Virus record (IMG/VR): IMGVR_UViG_3300024308_000188
Location: 124,001-188,000 of that record
Length of the DNA stretch: 64,000 nucleotides
Direction: 5' to 3' (one strand)
A program made the translations under genes and the position numbers. Of the stretch, positions 8,315-18,063 are shown one piece after another. The number at the start of each line of letters is the position of its first letter. Positions within the stretch are counted from its first letter, which is position 1. The notes under the pieces were generated by a model. That model saw nothing but the letters and a program-made list of their open reading frames with translations, searched no databases and was not told the DNA's origin.

Positions 8315-8987
8315 CAAACAAAAAATTATTGCGGATAATCTGGTTATGGTTAAACGCATTGCCAACAGTTTAATTGGCAAACTTTCCGCGAGTATACAGC
8401 TGGATGATTTAATCCAAGCTGGTATGCTTGGAATACTGGAGTCGATTGATCGTTATGATTCAAACTCTGGCACTTCTTTTCAAACTTTTGCTGGAATTCG
8501 AGTTTACGGTTCAATGTTAGACGAGGCCAGAAAACTAGGTTGGATTCCTAAAAATGTTTGTGCAGAAGCTCGTAAACTAAATGAAGTGCGTTCTGCATTA
8601 GAGCAGAAGTTTTTGCGCGTTCCAACAAATATTGAAGTTGCTCATGAACTGAATATTTCTATCGAAGAGTTTAATAAACTCGAACGTGAAACACACAGCA
8701 TTCATGTGTTACTTGACAGTGAACTCAATGAAAGCAACTTTGACGGTTTTTGCACTGAAGTGGATTTTGTGGATCGTCAGTGCGAGGTCACAAAGTTAGG
8801 ATCTGCTTTAAAAGTATTCGTATCAAAACTGCCAAAGCAGGAATCTATTGTAGTTAATCTTTACTATATGCGCGATCTTAACATGGAAGAGATTGGAAAT
8901 CGTATGGAACTTTGTGTGCCTCGCATAAGTAATCTTCATAAACAAGCATTGAAAAGAATGCAATTAAACATGCGTTCTTGGGTATAA
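8307..8987 (+). CDS. fliA: RNA polymerase sigma factor, FliA/WhiG (sigma28) family
   Basis: Region 2 LDDLIQAGMLGILESIDRYD..GTSFQTFAGIRVYGSMLDEARKLGWIPK, region 3 PTNIEVAHEL, region 4 LNMEEIGNRMELCVPRISNLHKQALKRM; GGAGG RBS. Confidence 0.9.
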   Translation: MNSKQKIIADNLVMVKRIANSLIGKLSASIQLDDLIQAGMLGILESIDRYDSNSGTSFQTFAGIRVYGSMLDEARKLGWIPKNVCAEARKLNEVRSALEQKFLRVPTNIEVAHELNISIEEFNKLERETHSIHVLLDSELNESNFDGFCTEVDFVDRQCEVTKLGSALKVFVSKLPKQESIVVNLYYMRDLNMEEIGNRMELCVPRISNLHKQALKRMQLNMRSWV

Positions 8988-8997
8988 GGAAAGTACA

Positions 8998-9588
8998 ATG
9001 AAATTTTATCATAACTTAAAGTTTAAAATTCTTGTGTTCTTTAACAACTTAAGCTTCAAACTCAACTTCATTATACACATGAACAGTTTAAGGTTAAGTC
9101 TGAACGACGATCTTGTCAATAAATCTGAAGAACAGGATTTGATAGTCGTGTATTCACGCATAGACAGATTCTTGCAAAACAATTTGTTTATAGAAAAACA
9201 TATAGCAGGTATGGTTGCCACTGATAAACAAGGTCATAAAATGTCTTATCAAGATCGCACCATGCGTTGGCTTCCCATGATTTTCGTATTGATTATGCAC
9301 TACATGGTTCAAAGCGAAAGTCCTTTCGATAAGACTACTGTAAATCAGATAATGAAACTTATAAACAAAGACGTAAATCAAACTTACGTTGTGGACGTTT
9401 CAACTATTGGGTTGCAATCTTTTAACGACCAAATGCTTTGGCATCAGTTTGTTTTGCACTCAAGGATCTTTTATGCACTTGGCTTATTGATGCAGCAATG
9501 CGACTTAGTTGACTCTAAATTTCTTGCTGGAACCAGATCTAAATCTATTGTCTGTTCAGAAGAGAATCAGCCAGAACCTGCGGAGTAG
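8998..9588 (+). CDS. hypothetical protein
   Basis: AAGGA RBS; 196 aa. Confidence 0.7.
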   Translation: MKFYHNLKFKILVFFNNLSFKLNFIIHMNSLRLSLNDDLVNKSEEQDLIVVYSRIDRFLQNNLFIEKHIAGMVATDKQGHKMSYQDRTMRWLPMIFVLIMHYMVQSESPFDKTTVNQIMKLINKDVNQTYVVDVSTIGLQSFNDQMLWHQFVLHSRIFYALGLLMQQCDLVDSKFLAGTRSKSIVCSEENQPEPAE

Positions 9589-9591
9589 TTT

Positions 9592-9873
9592 ATGAACTCT
9601 GATAAGTTTAATGCGTACATAGTTTCTGTTACCGAATTCGATCACGGTATGTCTCGTCCAGATGGACACATTGTTTGCTTTGATGTTGAAGAAGGTAAAA
9701 AGTTTGCTATTGCAAAACAAGGCTACGTTTACAAAGATGCTGATGTTCGCAGTGAAATATCTGGACAGTTTAAGCGCTGCTTACTTAGTCCTATTGGCAT
9801 CGAAACCGTTCAAAAATTTAATGGCTTGGTTTGGTCTAACGATATAATCAAGCACGTAATGATCATCGAATAA
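9592..9873 (+). CDS. hypothetical protein
   Basis: GGAG RBS; 93 aa. Confidence 0.7.
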   Translation: MNSDKFNAYIVSVTEFDHGMSRPDGHIVCFDVEEGKKFAIAKQGYVYKDADVRSEISGQFKRCLLSPIGIETVQKFNGLVWSNDIIKHVMIIE

Positions 9874-9886
9874 TTGAGGAATTTTT

Positions 9887-10468
9887 ATGAGTACGAATGA
9901 TGTATTAACCTATTTAATGGCTATGCGTTCTTTTCCAACCGACAATAAACTTCGCACAAATATAGTTAAACACTGCGCCACTGTATTAGGTGAATTAACT
10001 TTACCTACTGACGGTGAATCAATAAGAATCAACGATTCTTTTGAAAGCAAAGTTCGCAAAGAAGTATTTGCGGAATTAAAGAAGATGCGTTCTGCTCATT
10101 TGGTGACTGCGGTTGTGATGCGTAATTTTTTGCAGTTTGTCGAACTTGTGTCCTTTGATACAGACAAAGTATTGCTGCAAACTTTATTACGCACAGTTTA
10201 TCTTGATAATACTTTGCCTGATGATAAAATGACAGGTGTGTTTTATCAAATGGTTTTGGCTGATGTCCGAAACAGTTTGAACAAACGCGATGCTACTGCT
10301 GGTGCAGTAACAGCTTCTGCGTTACGCTCAATTGTTTTTACTTATCTGTCTTTGGTTGCCGATGATTCTATGGTAGACAGTTTTGAGATTTATCTGAAGT
10401 TCTCTGACGCTTTCTCTATAGAACAAAAACGTGCTGGTGAAGCCAGCATTTATTGGAGTCCAAAATGA
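9887..10468 (+). CDS. hypothetical protein
   Basis: GAGG RBS; 193 aa. Confidence 0.75.
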   Translation: MSTNDVLTYLMAMRSFPTDNKLRTNIVKHCATVLGELTLPTDGESIRINDSFESKVRKEVFAELKKMRSAHLVTAVVMRNFLQFVELVSFDTDKVLLQTLLRTVYLDNTLPDDKMTGVFYQMVLADVRNSLNKRDATAGAVTASALRSIVFTYLSLVADDSMVDSFEIYLKFSDAFSIEQKRAGEASIYWSPK

Positions 10469-10923
10469 GTCAACTTGATTTTCCGTTAATTCATCCGGTT
10501 CATTTTACAGCCGAAACATTAGAGACAACTTGCCAGCTATTTGCTGAAAGTTTAATCGAAGGCTTTAACGTAGAGCTGGTTGTTGAAGGCCGTGTTTTTC
10601 GTAGCTACTTTTTCGATAAGAAATTTTGGCCGCTTTCTGAAATGGAAGTACGTGTTGCTGCAATGCAAACTTTTGTAAGTAACCTCGGCGTGAATATTTT
10701 AGCTGGCATACATTTAACGAAGCGCAAAGAATTCGATCTTATTGAATTCAATTTGCATTTGGAGTACGCCCAGTTCAATTTGGAAAATGATCAACGGCCT
10801 TATATGTATAATCCAGAAGTGTTAATTTTTGTTTGGATTGTTTACAGACGTATGCCGACAATAACCGCTTCTGAATTTATGAAGTTAATGCAAATTGCGA
10901 TTGCCAATCTGGTAAGGAAATAA
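10465..10923 (+). CDS. hypothetical protein
   Basis: GGAG RBS before MSQLD; ATGA-type overlap. Confidence 0.72.
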   Translation: MSQLDFPLIHPVHFTAETLETTCQLFAESLIEGFNVELVVEGRVFRSYFFDKKFWPLSEMEVRVAAMQTFVSNLGVNILAGIHLTKRKEFDLIEFNLHLEYAQFNLENDQRPYMYNPEVLIFVWIVYRRMPTITASEFMKLMQIAIANLVRK

Positions 10924-10925
10924 AA

Positions 10926-11669
10926 ATGAACTATCAAATGCTTTCTCTTTTAATCGAAGATTTCCACAAAGAACTGGATCATCAAATTCAATATCTGGTT
11001 TCCGGTGAAACAACCGTGGATCAGTATGATTCTGTTGTTAGCGCTGTCTTTGAAATGTTTGAAGATGAAACCAAAATAACTCAGTATGGTTTCTCTAGTT
11101 TGTCCAAAGGCGGTCGTATTCTCAAGTACCTCAACACCAGACTTTATGCGTCTGACAGCTTGGCAATGCAACAGTATTATCCTGTTATATCCTGCTACAA
11201 ATCAAGCTGCCGGATTATCATGGAAGAAAATATGGCGAACAAAAATGCTTTCATGTCTCGCATCCTTTACTTTATTAATAGCGAACATGAAACGCATTCA
11301 GCTACTGCTGTAGCCAGTTGTTTTGCTGATGCTCCAAATGCAGCTTGGCTTTTTACCTCAAGGTTAGAAGGCGGTTATTTTTCTGTACGTAACTCTACAG
11401 AACTTTGCGTGAAATATTTAAAGAACGAGCTTTATATAAATCCTCGTTTTGGCTTAACTGAGATAATGACTGAGCTTATGGCTTTAAGTGAATTCAGTTT
11501 TTTCTTCCAGAACAATCTTAAGATACTGGAAAATAAATGGTACTTTATGTACGTGGTATGTTCTTTCCTTGAAGAATTTATGCCACACATTTATTTACCG
11601 AATCGCGCTGTATTAAACTACGAAGATAACTTAGTTGACGCATTGCGTAAGTTTAGTGATGGAGAGTAG
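10926..11669 (+). CDS. hypothetical protein
   Basis: 247 aa ORF in the co-oriented run. Confidence 0.72.
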   Translation: MNYQMLSLLIEDFHKELDHQIQYLVSGETTVDQYDSVVSAVFEMFEDETKITQYGFSSLSKGGRILKYLNTRLYASDSLAMQQYYPVISCYKSSCRIIMEENMANKNAFMSRILYFINSEHETHSATAVASCFADAPNAAWLFTSRLEGGYFSVRNSTELCVKYLKNELYINPRFGLTEIMTELMALSEFSFFFQNNLKILENKWYFMYVVCSFLEEFMPHIYLPNRAVLNYEDNLVDALRKFSDGE

Positions 11670-11676
11670 AAACTTT

Positions 11677-12120
11677 ATGCAGTTGAATAATCTAAGTAAG
11701 TTCACTAGACGCGATCAAATTCAGTGGCTTGAGTCTGAAATTCGTAGACTATCTACGCAAAGAACGCCAGTCAAACTTAAGAAAGAGGCCATGTTAAATG
11801 ATCTGATCTCTTTAGTTCGCGCCCAAGCTGAACCAGCTTTGCCTTCGATTATTTATTGCGCTCGAATAGTCGAACAGTCTGAAGGTGAAAAAGATCTTCA
11901 TGGCTGGTTAGTTGCTGTAACACCTGAAAAGTTTGAAGAAGCAGTTTTTCATTTGTTACGTAAAGGAAATGGTAAGCGTTATTATCGACTTGAAAACGAG
12001 GAAGCTTTTCAGTTTAAGCCTAAGCTTGAATTGTTTCATCTTAATCCTCGTATTCTTGCCGGAGGTTGGGCCAGAATAAATCAGGAAAATATAGACGCTT
12101 ATGTTTATGAAAAGTTGTGA
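11677..12120 (+). CDS. hypothetical protein
   Basis: GGAG RBS before MQLNNL. Confidence 0.7.
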   Translation: MQLNNLSKFTRRDQIQWLESEIRRLSTQRTPVKLKKEAMLNDLISLVRAQAEPALPSIIYCARIVEQSEGEKDLHGWLVAVTPEKFEEAVFHLLRKGNGKRYYRLENEEAFQFKPKLELFHLNPRILAGGWARINQENIDAYVYEKL

Positions 12121-12752
12121 GGTATTGGATGGAGTTTATTATCGAGTATCAATTTTTCTTGTATGCTACTTTAGCAGGTTTCATTAGTGCGTTTTTCAGA
12201 TCCATACAAAGTAAAAACGTACAGGCTAATCTAAAATTCTCGGCCTTTGGTGTAGGCTGGTTTATGGGATTAGCTGATGCAGCTTCGATTGCTATTGTAG
12301 CGAATAATGGATTTGTGTTTGGTGTATTCACAGGTCTAGGTATCGGTTTAGGTTACGTTGCTGGCATGGTAACTCATGATCGGCTAATGCGTAAGAGACG
12401 TTTGCTGCGTAAGAAAGAAAAACGAGCAAAACTTTATTCTCGAATCAGAAAAGTTGTAAAGCAACTTGATGAAAAAGAAACTAAAGTCGAAACCGTTTAT
12501 ATGGATGACGATCAAATAATTCAAGATATTTTAGCTGACACGAATGAAGAAGATGTCAAAGGTTGGCAAAGTATCTCATTTGATAATCTTGTTAAGTTTC
12601 ACCACACAACAGGACGCGACATTCGCAATCAGTACAAAATGTGGGATTCGAAAAACCCATATAATCAGGATCGATCATCTGCACGTCGATCTATGGATAT
12701 AATTAAACGTATCTGGAAAATTCATAATCCAGATAAAACTGAACACGACTGA
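12117..12752 (+). CDS. membrane protein with a C-terminal soluble domain (DUF6794-like)
   Basis: N-terminal hydrophobic helices, basic stretch, FHHTTGRDIRNQYKMWD motif; family call tentative. Confidence 0.55.
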   Translation: MRYWMEFIIEYQFFLYATLAGFISAFFRSIQSKNVQANLKFSAFGVGWFMGLADAASIAIVANNGFVFGVFTGLGIGLGYVAGMVTHDRLMRKRRLLRKKEKRAKLYSRIRKVVKQLDEKETKVETVYMDDDQIIQDILADTNEEDVKGWQSISFDNLVKFHHTTGRDIRNQYKMWDSKNPYNQDRSSARRSMDIIKRIWKIHNPDKTEHD

Positions 12753-12784
12753 GTAATGTTTTGCTCAGTCATTAAGAGGTAGAT

Positions 12785-12877
12785 ATGAGCAAAGAACTTT
12801 TGGAAAAACAAAAGCGTTTGGTCTGGCAGAATAAAGCGAATATGATTCGTGTTCTGCGTCAAATTAAACGTGTGTAA
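12785..12877 (+). CDS. 30 aa basic peptide
   Basis: AGAGG RBS; MSKELLEKQKRLVWQNKANMIRVLRQIKRV. Confidence 0.55.
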   Translation: MSKELLEKQKRLVWQNKANMIRVLRQIKRV

Positions 12878-12879
12878 TC

Positions 12880-12937
12880 AACTGATCTGAGTGCGTCAAA
12901 AATAGACATAGACGCACTTGGTCATTTTTGGTATAAT
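12880..12937 (+). promoter_or_regulatory. composite promoter copy 3
   Basis: ACTGATCTGAGTGCGTCAAAAA, 32 nt spacing, TATAAT 12932-12937. Confidence 0.78.
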
Positions 12938-13004
12938 GGCATCATACAAACAAGGGAAGTGCTGTACTTTCACATGCACAAAAGTTTGTTAGGAGAAGAA
13001 GTAA

Positions 13005-13229
13005 ATGCAAACTCAGCGTTGGCAACGTCGATTATTCGGTGCTGTAATTAGTGCCACTTTATTACTTTTATCGTGCGCTCTTTTTGATGTGTACTCGACT
13101 AAAGCTGCCGCGTATTTTGTTTATGGTTGTTTAGTAGTATTTTTTACTTTAACAACTTTTGGATTTGTAGTATCAACTGTTTACCACAAAATCAATCGGA
13201 CTAAAGCTCCAAAGAAATTGTGGAAATAA
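13005..13229 (+). CDS. small two-TM membrane protein
   Basis: AGGAG RBS; two hydrophobic segments. Confidence 0.7.
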   Translation: MQTQRWQRRLFGAVISATLLLLSCALFDVYSTKAAAYFVYGCLVVFFTLTTFGFVVSTVYHKINRTKAPKKLWK

Positions 13230-13255
13230 AAAGTTTATCATTTGAGGATCAATAA

Positions 13256-14875
13256 ATGAGCAAAGTCACTTCATCATTAAGTTTCGTTTTATCTGCAATG
13301 GCGTTAGAAATTTGCGCTACTCCAGAAGCTTTTCGCACACAAGCAAAAGCTTCAAAAGTTCCACTGAATTTAATTAACGATGTTTGTGTTCAAGCACAAA
13401 TTCTCGTTGAGAATTTAACTGAGAAATCTTCACTGGCCAATTCTGAACAAAAAAGTTTGTCAGATACTCTGTCTGGCTTTCGTGCCTTTCATGTTCGTCA
13501 CTGCCAAGGTAAAGCAGAAATCCGCGAACCTCTTCGCAATTTTTGTGAATCGGCTGTTATTAAACAGACCAATACTGTTCGTAGTTCTAACAACAGCCTT
13601 GTTCTTCGCATGGTCGATCTTATTGATCAGTACGGCTTGGTAGGAAAGTTTATTACCACTCAGGAAATGGATAAACTTATGTTTCTTGATAAGATTCCAA
13701 TGGTGTGTCAGGCATTTGCGGTACATGGTAAAGAAACTCTGATGTATCAAATAAATCGTCTGGATGTTACTTCAGAAATTTCCGACGAATTTGTTGAGGC
13801 AGCCATTTGGTTAAATCAGACTTATTACAAGTCTGTGGACATCGGTGAATTAACTGATGCTTCACACATTCATCAGAAAGTTTCTACTATGATCGACTTC
13901 ATGGCAAACTATGCCAGAAGTAAATCTAAGTTCTATTCTTATATCCTGAACTTTAAATATCGCTATATTAATTCGTATATGGAACATCCAGACGCGAATG
14001 AAGCCAAAAAGTACAGAGAGTTATCAGCATTTATTTTAAACAACTTTGCAAAAGCCGAGGCCGCTATGAATGAAGAACAAAAAGCTCCAAGCAGTTCAAG
14101 TAAAAAACTTGAATTGGCATCTTTGTTGCGTGAGCCGACTGAAGATAAAAAAGTCTCAGAGCAAAAACAACTTCCACTGGAATCAGATTCCATTCCAGTT
14201 GATGAACTTGTTGAAGTTCCAGCAGAAAGTGCTTCTGAAAAAGTTCGGCCTGTTAAAAAGCCAAAAAGAATTAAACTAAATCCAAAGTTCAAAAAAGAAG
14301 AAAAGCCTGTTGTAATTCGCGGTGTCGGCCCTGCTTTAATGTCAATGGTTTCCAGCTTTAACGCCACGCATTTAGATACGCCAAGGCTTATGCTTATTGA
14401 TCTGGATGAAGATACCCAGTCTGATATTATTTCAGTCTTGGGTCAAACTTCACTTTACGGCTTCGTTCTGGATATTCCAGATACTGAATTTTTTGAAGAG
14501 CAGAGCTATACTTTTGCAGAATCTTTGGACGGCAAAGTTTATATGTTCGGCATTCATTATGTTTCATCTAAAGGCCGTGTTGGTCTGACAATACAAAACT
14601 TTATACAACAAGTTGAAACAGCGGCAGATGCTATCAGAGTTTTCTACAACTATCTGGTTGAAAGTCAGACGCGAATCTCTGGAGAACCTTTGGTTGTAGA
14701 AGTTAGCAAACGCACAAAAGTTGGTACTGAAAAACCCGTGTACGAAAATTGTGATGAATACTCAGAAAACTTCATTTTGGAATTTGCTCATTTGGGGCTG
14801 ATTACTTATGAAGAAGAAGTTGTGAAAACAACTCGTGCTGTTTTCAAAGTACCGGCAACTGTTTCTGTAGAATAA
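13256..14875 (+). CDS. hypothetical protein, 539 aa, with a charged disordered linker
   Basis: GAGGA RBS; long ORF. Confidence 0.8.
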   Translation: MSKVTSSLSFVLSAMALEICATPEAFRTQAKASKVPLNLINDVCVQAQILVENLTEKSSLANSEQKSLSDTLSGFRAFHVRHCQGKAEIREPLRNFCESAVIKQTNTVRSSNNSLVLRMVDLIDQYGLVGKFITTQEMDKLMFLDKIPMVCQAFAVHGKETLMYQINRLDVTSEISDEFVEAAIWLNQTYYKSVDIGELTDASHIHQKVSTMIDFMANYARSKSKFYSYILNFKYRYINSYMEHPDANEAKKYRELSAFILNNFAKAEAAMNEEQKAPSSSSKKLELASLLREPTEDKKVSEQKQLPLESDSIPVDELVEVPAESASEKVRPVKKPKRIKLNPKFKKEEKPVVIRGVGPALMSMVSSFNATHLDTPRLMLIDLDEDTQSDIISVLGQTSLYGFVLDIPDTEFFEEQSYTFAESLDGKVYMFGIHYVSSKGRVGLTIQNFIQQVETAADAIRVFYNYLVESQTRISGEPLVVEVSKRTKVGTEKPVYENCDEYSENFILEFAHLGLITYEEEVVKTTRAVFKVPATVSVE

Positions 14876-14929
14876 ACAAACGTGGCCTCTTAATTGGGGC
14901 CGCAAACTTTTGCGTATGGGAATTGTGAT

Positions 14930-15430
14930 ATGCAAACTAGATTAGAGATTTTAAAAGACCTTAGACGTTATGGTTGTCGTATAGAAACAACTCATTTGAG
15001 CTATGGTCGAACAGAAGATAAAATCTTCTTCCCTTATCCAAAATTAAATCCTGTACACGTTTCAAAATACAATCGCTTTGATCCTAATCCGATTTTGTAT
15101 ACCTATAAGGCGAATGATCAAGAACAGAAAAGTTTGAAGTGTGTTATTACAGGAAGTTCTTGGAACGCATCAAACTCTGAAGCTTTTGTTCGCTACTATG
15201 CACATCAAATGAAAATGTGCATCAGCGATCCATTAGTCCTTAAAGATTTGCATTACAAAAACAGAAACTCACTTAGAGATCTGGATTTGTTTTGTTTTCG
15301 TAAAGGTTTCTTTTGTATATCAGTCAATAAAGATAAAAGTATTGTAAGGGTAATTCATCATGATCCGGTCAAGCTCGATTATTACAAGTGGAAAAACTTT
15401 TCATTTGATCGCCGCACTAACGGCCATTAG
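14930..15430 (+). CDS. hypothetical protein
   Basis: GGGA RBS before MQTRLE. Confidence 0.7.
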   Translation: MQTRLEILKDLRRYGCRIETTHLSYGRTEDKIFFPYPKLNPVHVSKYNRFDPNPILYTYKANDQEQKSLKCVITGSSWNASNSEAFVRYYAHQMKMCISDPLVLKDLHYKNRNSLRDLDLFCFRKGFFCISVNKDKSIVRVIHHDPVKLDYYKWKNFSFDRRTNGH

Positions 15431-15638
15431 TTTATTTTCTTTTTGCCTCGATAAATACTTTAGACAAGTTGGAATTTTATCAGCGGCCCCTATAATTATT
15501 TCAACTTTATTTTCAATCGTTAGCCTTTATTTGCTGATAAAAGATTCAGAAGCTAATCCTGATCGCACTGGAATATCCGCGTACAAAAATGATTTGATTT
15601 TTGCTCCGCAACTTTTAATACTTCTTTTACTGGTGTAA
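15360..15638 (+). CDS. small membrane protein (start uncertain)
   Basis: Hydrophobic segments; fills the gap before uvsE. Confidence 0.55.
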   Translation: MIRSSSIITSGKTFHLIAALTAISLFSFCLDKYFRQVGILSAAPIIISTLFSIVSLYLLIKDSEANPDRTGISAYKNDLIFAPQLLILLLLV

Positions 15639-15639
15639 T

Positions 15640-16662
15640 ATGAAAATTGGCTTCGCTTGTAAATACATGCACCCTGACAGATCACTAAAAGCAAGTGAAC
15701 TTAAAAAGTTGGAAGAACCTTACAATATGAGAACCACAACTGTCAAGTGGTGCAAAGACAATCCTGACCTTTGGCAAGAACGTCTTTGGGAAATAATGGA
15801 ATTTAATATCAAAGCTATCTACAACATGATCGGCTATGTTAGATCGTTGCCTAAGATTGCACAAATGGTTCGTCTTAGTAGTGATGCTTTTCCTCTTTTT
15901 ACGCATCCTGATTTTTCTCATTTTTACAAACGTAAAGACGTAGAGCGTTACCTAGAAAAACATTTGGCCAATGTGCGAACTTTTGCTGGTGACGTTAGAC
16001 TTAGTTTTCATCCAGCGCAATTTTGTGTGCTTGCCAGTGAGAATCCAAATGTTGTTGAAAAGAGTATTGAAGAATTTGAGTATCATGCTTATATCGCAGA
16101 ACTTATGGGCTATGGTAGAAAGTTTCAAGATTTTAAATGCAACATTCATTTGAATGGTAAAGGTGGTGAATCTGTTTTCAGAAAAACCTACAAAAGATTA
16201 AGTGCGGCTGCCCGTAACATAATCACTGTGGAAAATGATGAATACAGTTCTGGCTTGGATGACGTTTTAGCTATAGCCGACTTGGTTCCTATTGTTCTGG
16301 ATATTCACCATCATTGGATTCATAGCGGCGGTTACATTAAACCTGATTCTAAACGTGCGTTACAAGTTATAGAAAGTTGGAGAGGCGTCAGGCCAGTTAT
16401 TCACTATGCGTATTCGCGTGAGGAATATCTGGTCAATGAAAAGTTTTCACGTAGACCTACTTTGGCAAAAATGGAGACTGATAGTAGAAAGTTGCGTGAG
16501 CACAGTGACCAATATCCAAACTGGCACTCGAATGCTTGGGCGCTAAGTTTTCTACCAAGCTTCGATATTATGTGTGAGGCGAAACATAAAAACATTGCTT
16601 CACAGCAATTAATTGATCAATACCTGAAATCTATTTCTGGAGGAAGGAATGTCAATTTATGA
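15640..16662 (+). CDS. uvsE: UV DNA damage endonuclease
   Basis: KIGFACKY, VRLSSD, RLSFHPAQFCVLAS, TVENDE, VLDIHHHW, HSD, DIMCEAKHK motifs of the UvdE/UvsE family. Confidence 0.95.
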   Translation: MKIGFACKYMHPDRSLKASELKKLEEPYNMRTTTVKWCKDNPDLWQERLWEIMEFNIKAIYNMIGYVRSLPKIAQMVRLSSDAFPLFTHPDFSHFYKRKDVERYLEKHLANVRTFAGDVRLSFHPAQFCVLASENPNVVEKSIEEFEYHAYIAELMGYGRKFQDFKCNIHLNGKGGESVFRKTYKRLSAAARNIITVENDEYSSGLDDVLAIADLVPIVLDIHHHWIHSGGYIKPDSKRALQVIESWRGVRPVIHYAYSREEYLVNEKFSRRPTLAKMETDSRKLREHSDQYPNWHSNAWALSFLPSFDIMCEAKHKNIASQQLIDQYLKSISGGRNVNL

Positions 16663-16981
16663 TGGAAGTGGCCGACCTAGAAAACCACACAAACTTGAAA
16701 AAAGTTTGGTTCCCAAAAAGCTAATTAGCACCAAAGAAATATGTGACGCTGTATTTGGTGTTGAATCTAAATTTATAAATGTCGATACGGAGAAATGCCA
16801 CTACAAAAGAATTCAAAAAAGTGCAAAAACCTTAGAAGAATGTTTGGATAAACTTAACGAGGTTGTCCAACAGAAATTGGATGTGAACAAATACAAGATC
16901 TATGTATTACCTTGTTTACTTGCTTTTCATCCTGATTATGTTCGTGTTGAAATCCCATTTTATTATCAAAGGAAGTCGTAA
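16649..16981 (+). CDS. hypothetical protein
   Basis: GGAGG RBS; overlaps uvsE end. Confidence 0.7.
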   Translation: MSIYDGSGRPRKPHKLEKSLVPKKLISTKEICDAVFGVESKFINVDTEKCHYKRIQKSAKTLEECLDKLNEVVQQKLDVNKYKIYVLPCLLAFHPDYVRVEIPFYYQRKS

Positions 16982-17451
16982 TGAAAAAAGCTGGCAATAG
17001 AATTCAAATAACAGCAGAAGTTCAATCGGTAGTTCGTAGTGTTGACTCTCAATTATCTAAGGCAGTTGACAAAGGATTTATAACAGGACAACAAAAAACA
17101 TTGGCCGTTAATCTGATAGGTCGCTCTGCAAATAAAAGGACTAAGAAGAATCTTGGTATTTTACGGCCATTCAAACATGATACAACGAATAAAGAAATGA
17201 TGGGAGAACGTGATTCTGGAAAAATTGCTTTAAGCTTTCCTTTTGCCTTTGTTGATTGTTACGGAACTTTCTGGCTATGCTGTGATTCAGATACTGGTCT
17301 TTATTTAGAATGCAAGATCGATTCTAAATTTGATACTGTTTACACGCAACGCTTTTATTTAAAGGGCAATACAAAAAGTTGTATAAAGAAACTGTGCCGA
17401 TTCTTAGAATCATCGAACAACTTGGAAACTTCTCTTCGTAATCTGAACTAA
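16981..17451 (+). CDS. hypothetical protein
   Basis: TAATG coupling; 156 aa. Confidence 0.72.
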   Translation: MKKAGNRIQITAEVQSVVRSVDSQLSKAVDKGFITGQQKTLAVNLIGRSANKRTKKNLGILRPFKHDTTNKEMMGERDSGKIALSFPFAFVDCYGTFWLCCDSDTGLYLECKIDSKFDTVYTQRFYLKGNTKSCIKKLCRFLESSNNLETSLRNLN

Positions 17452-17535
17452 ACCAAGTGTGTCAAAAACAGCGGTTGTTATGAATGGCCGCTTTTGGTAT
17501 AATGTCGTCATTGGTAAGGCAAGAGTGTCTACCAA
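17446..17535 (+). promoter_or_regulatory. composite promoter copy 4 with AGGCAA leader hairpin
   Basis: CCAAGTGTGTCAAAAA; -35 TTGTTA, 17 nt, TATAAT 17498-17503; TTGGTA-aggcaagagtgtc-TACCAA. Confidence 0.85.
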
Positions 17536-17560
17536 ATAACCCACATTTGAGGATCAAGAA

Positions 17561-18052
17561 ATGTATCAAGTAACATTAGTATATGAAAGCAACGTAACTG
17601 TAACTTCGCGTAAACCAATAGAACCAAAAAATGGTTTTGTTAAGATCGAAAATCTTTTGGTTCCTGCTCAAAAAGTTGATTGTGTTTTCATGGAAGAATC
17701 TGACTACTTAATAACATATCCTATTATTAAAACAGAAGTTCTTTTTGTTGACGCTGTTTCGTTTAACGAAAAAGGTGAATTGCAGGTTGATTCGTTTTGC
17801 GCGAACGCTGTTGCAGGTTTCAAACTTTTAGGCCACACGATTTTAGAGGCCAGCCGCCAAACATTATATGAAGGCGAGTTCACTATGCACTCAGATGGCT
17901 ATCGTGAAATTTCTGAAGAAGCGTACAACAGACTTAATATTATGCGCTGCCTTTATTATGTGGAAGGCTCAAACATTTCAGGATATGCCGATGCCAATAA
18001 AGTTGTAGTGCTTTATGCGGATCGTTTAGAACCTCGTTACTTTAAAGTTTAG
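17561..18052 (+). CDS. hypothetical protein
   Basis: GAGGA RBS; 163 aa. Confidence 0.75.
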   Translation: MYQVTLVYESNVTVTSRKPIEPKNGFVKIENLLVPAQKVDCVFMEESDYLITYPIIKTEVLFVDAVSFNEKGELQVDSFCANAVAGFKLLGHTILEASRQTLYEGEFTMHSDGYREISEEAYNRLNIMRCLYYVEGSNISGYADANKVVVLYADRLEPRYFKV

Positions 18053-18063
18053 CGGAGAACTTT

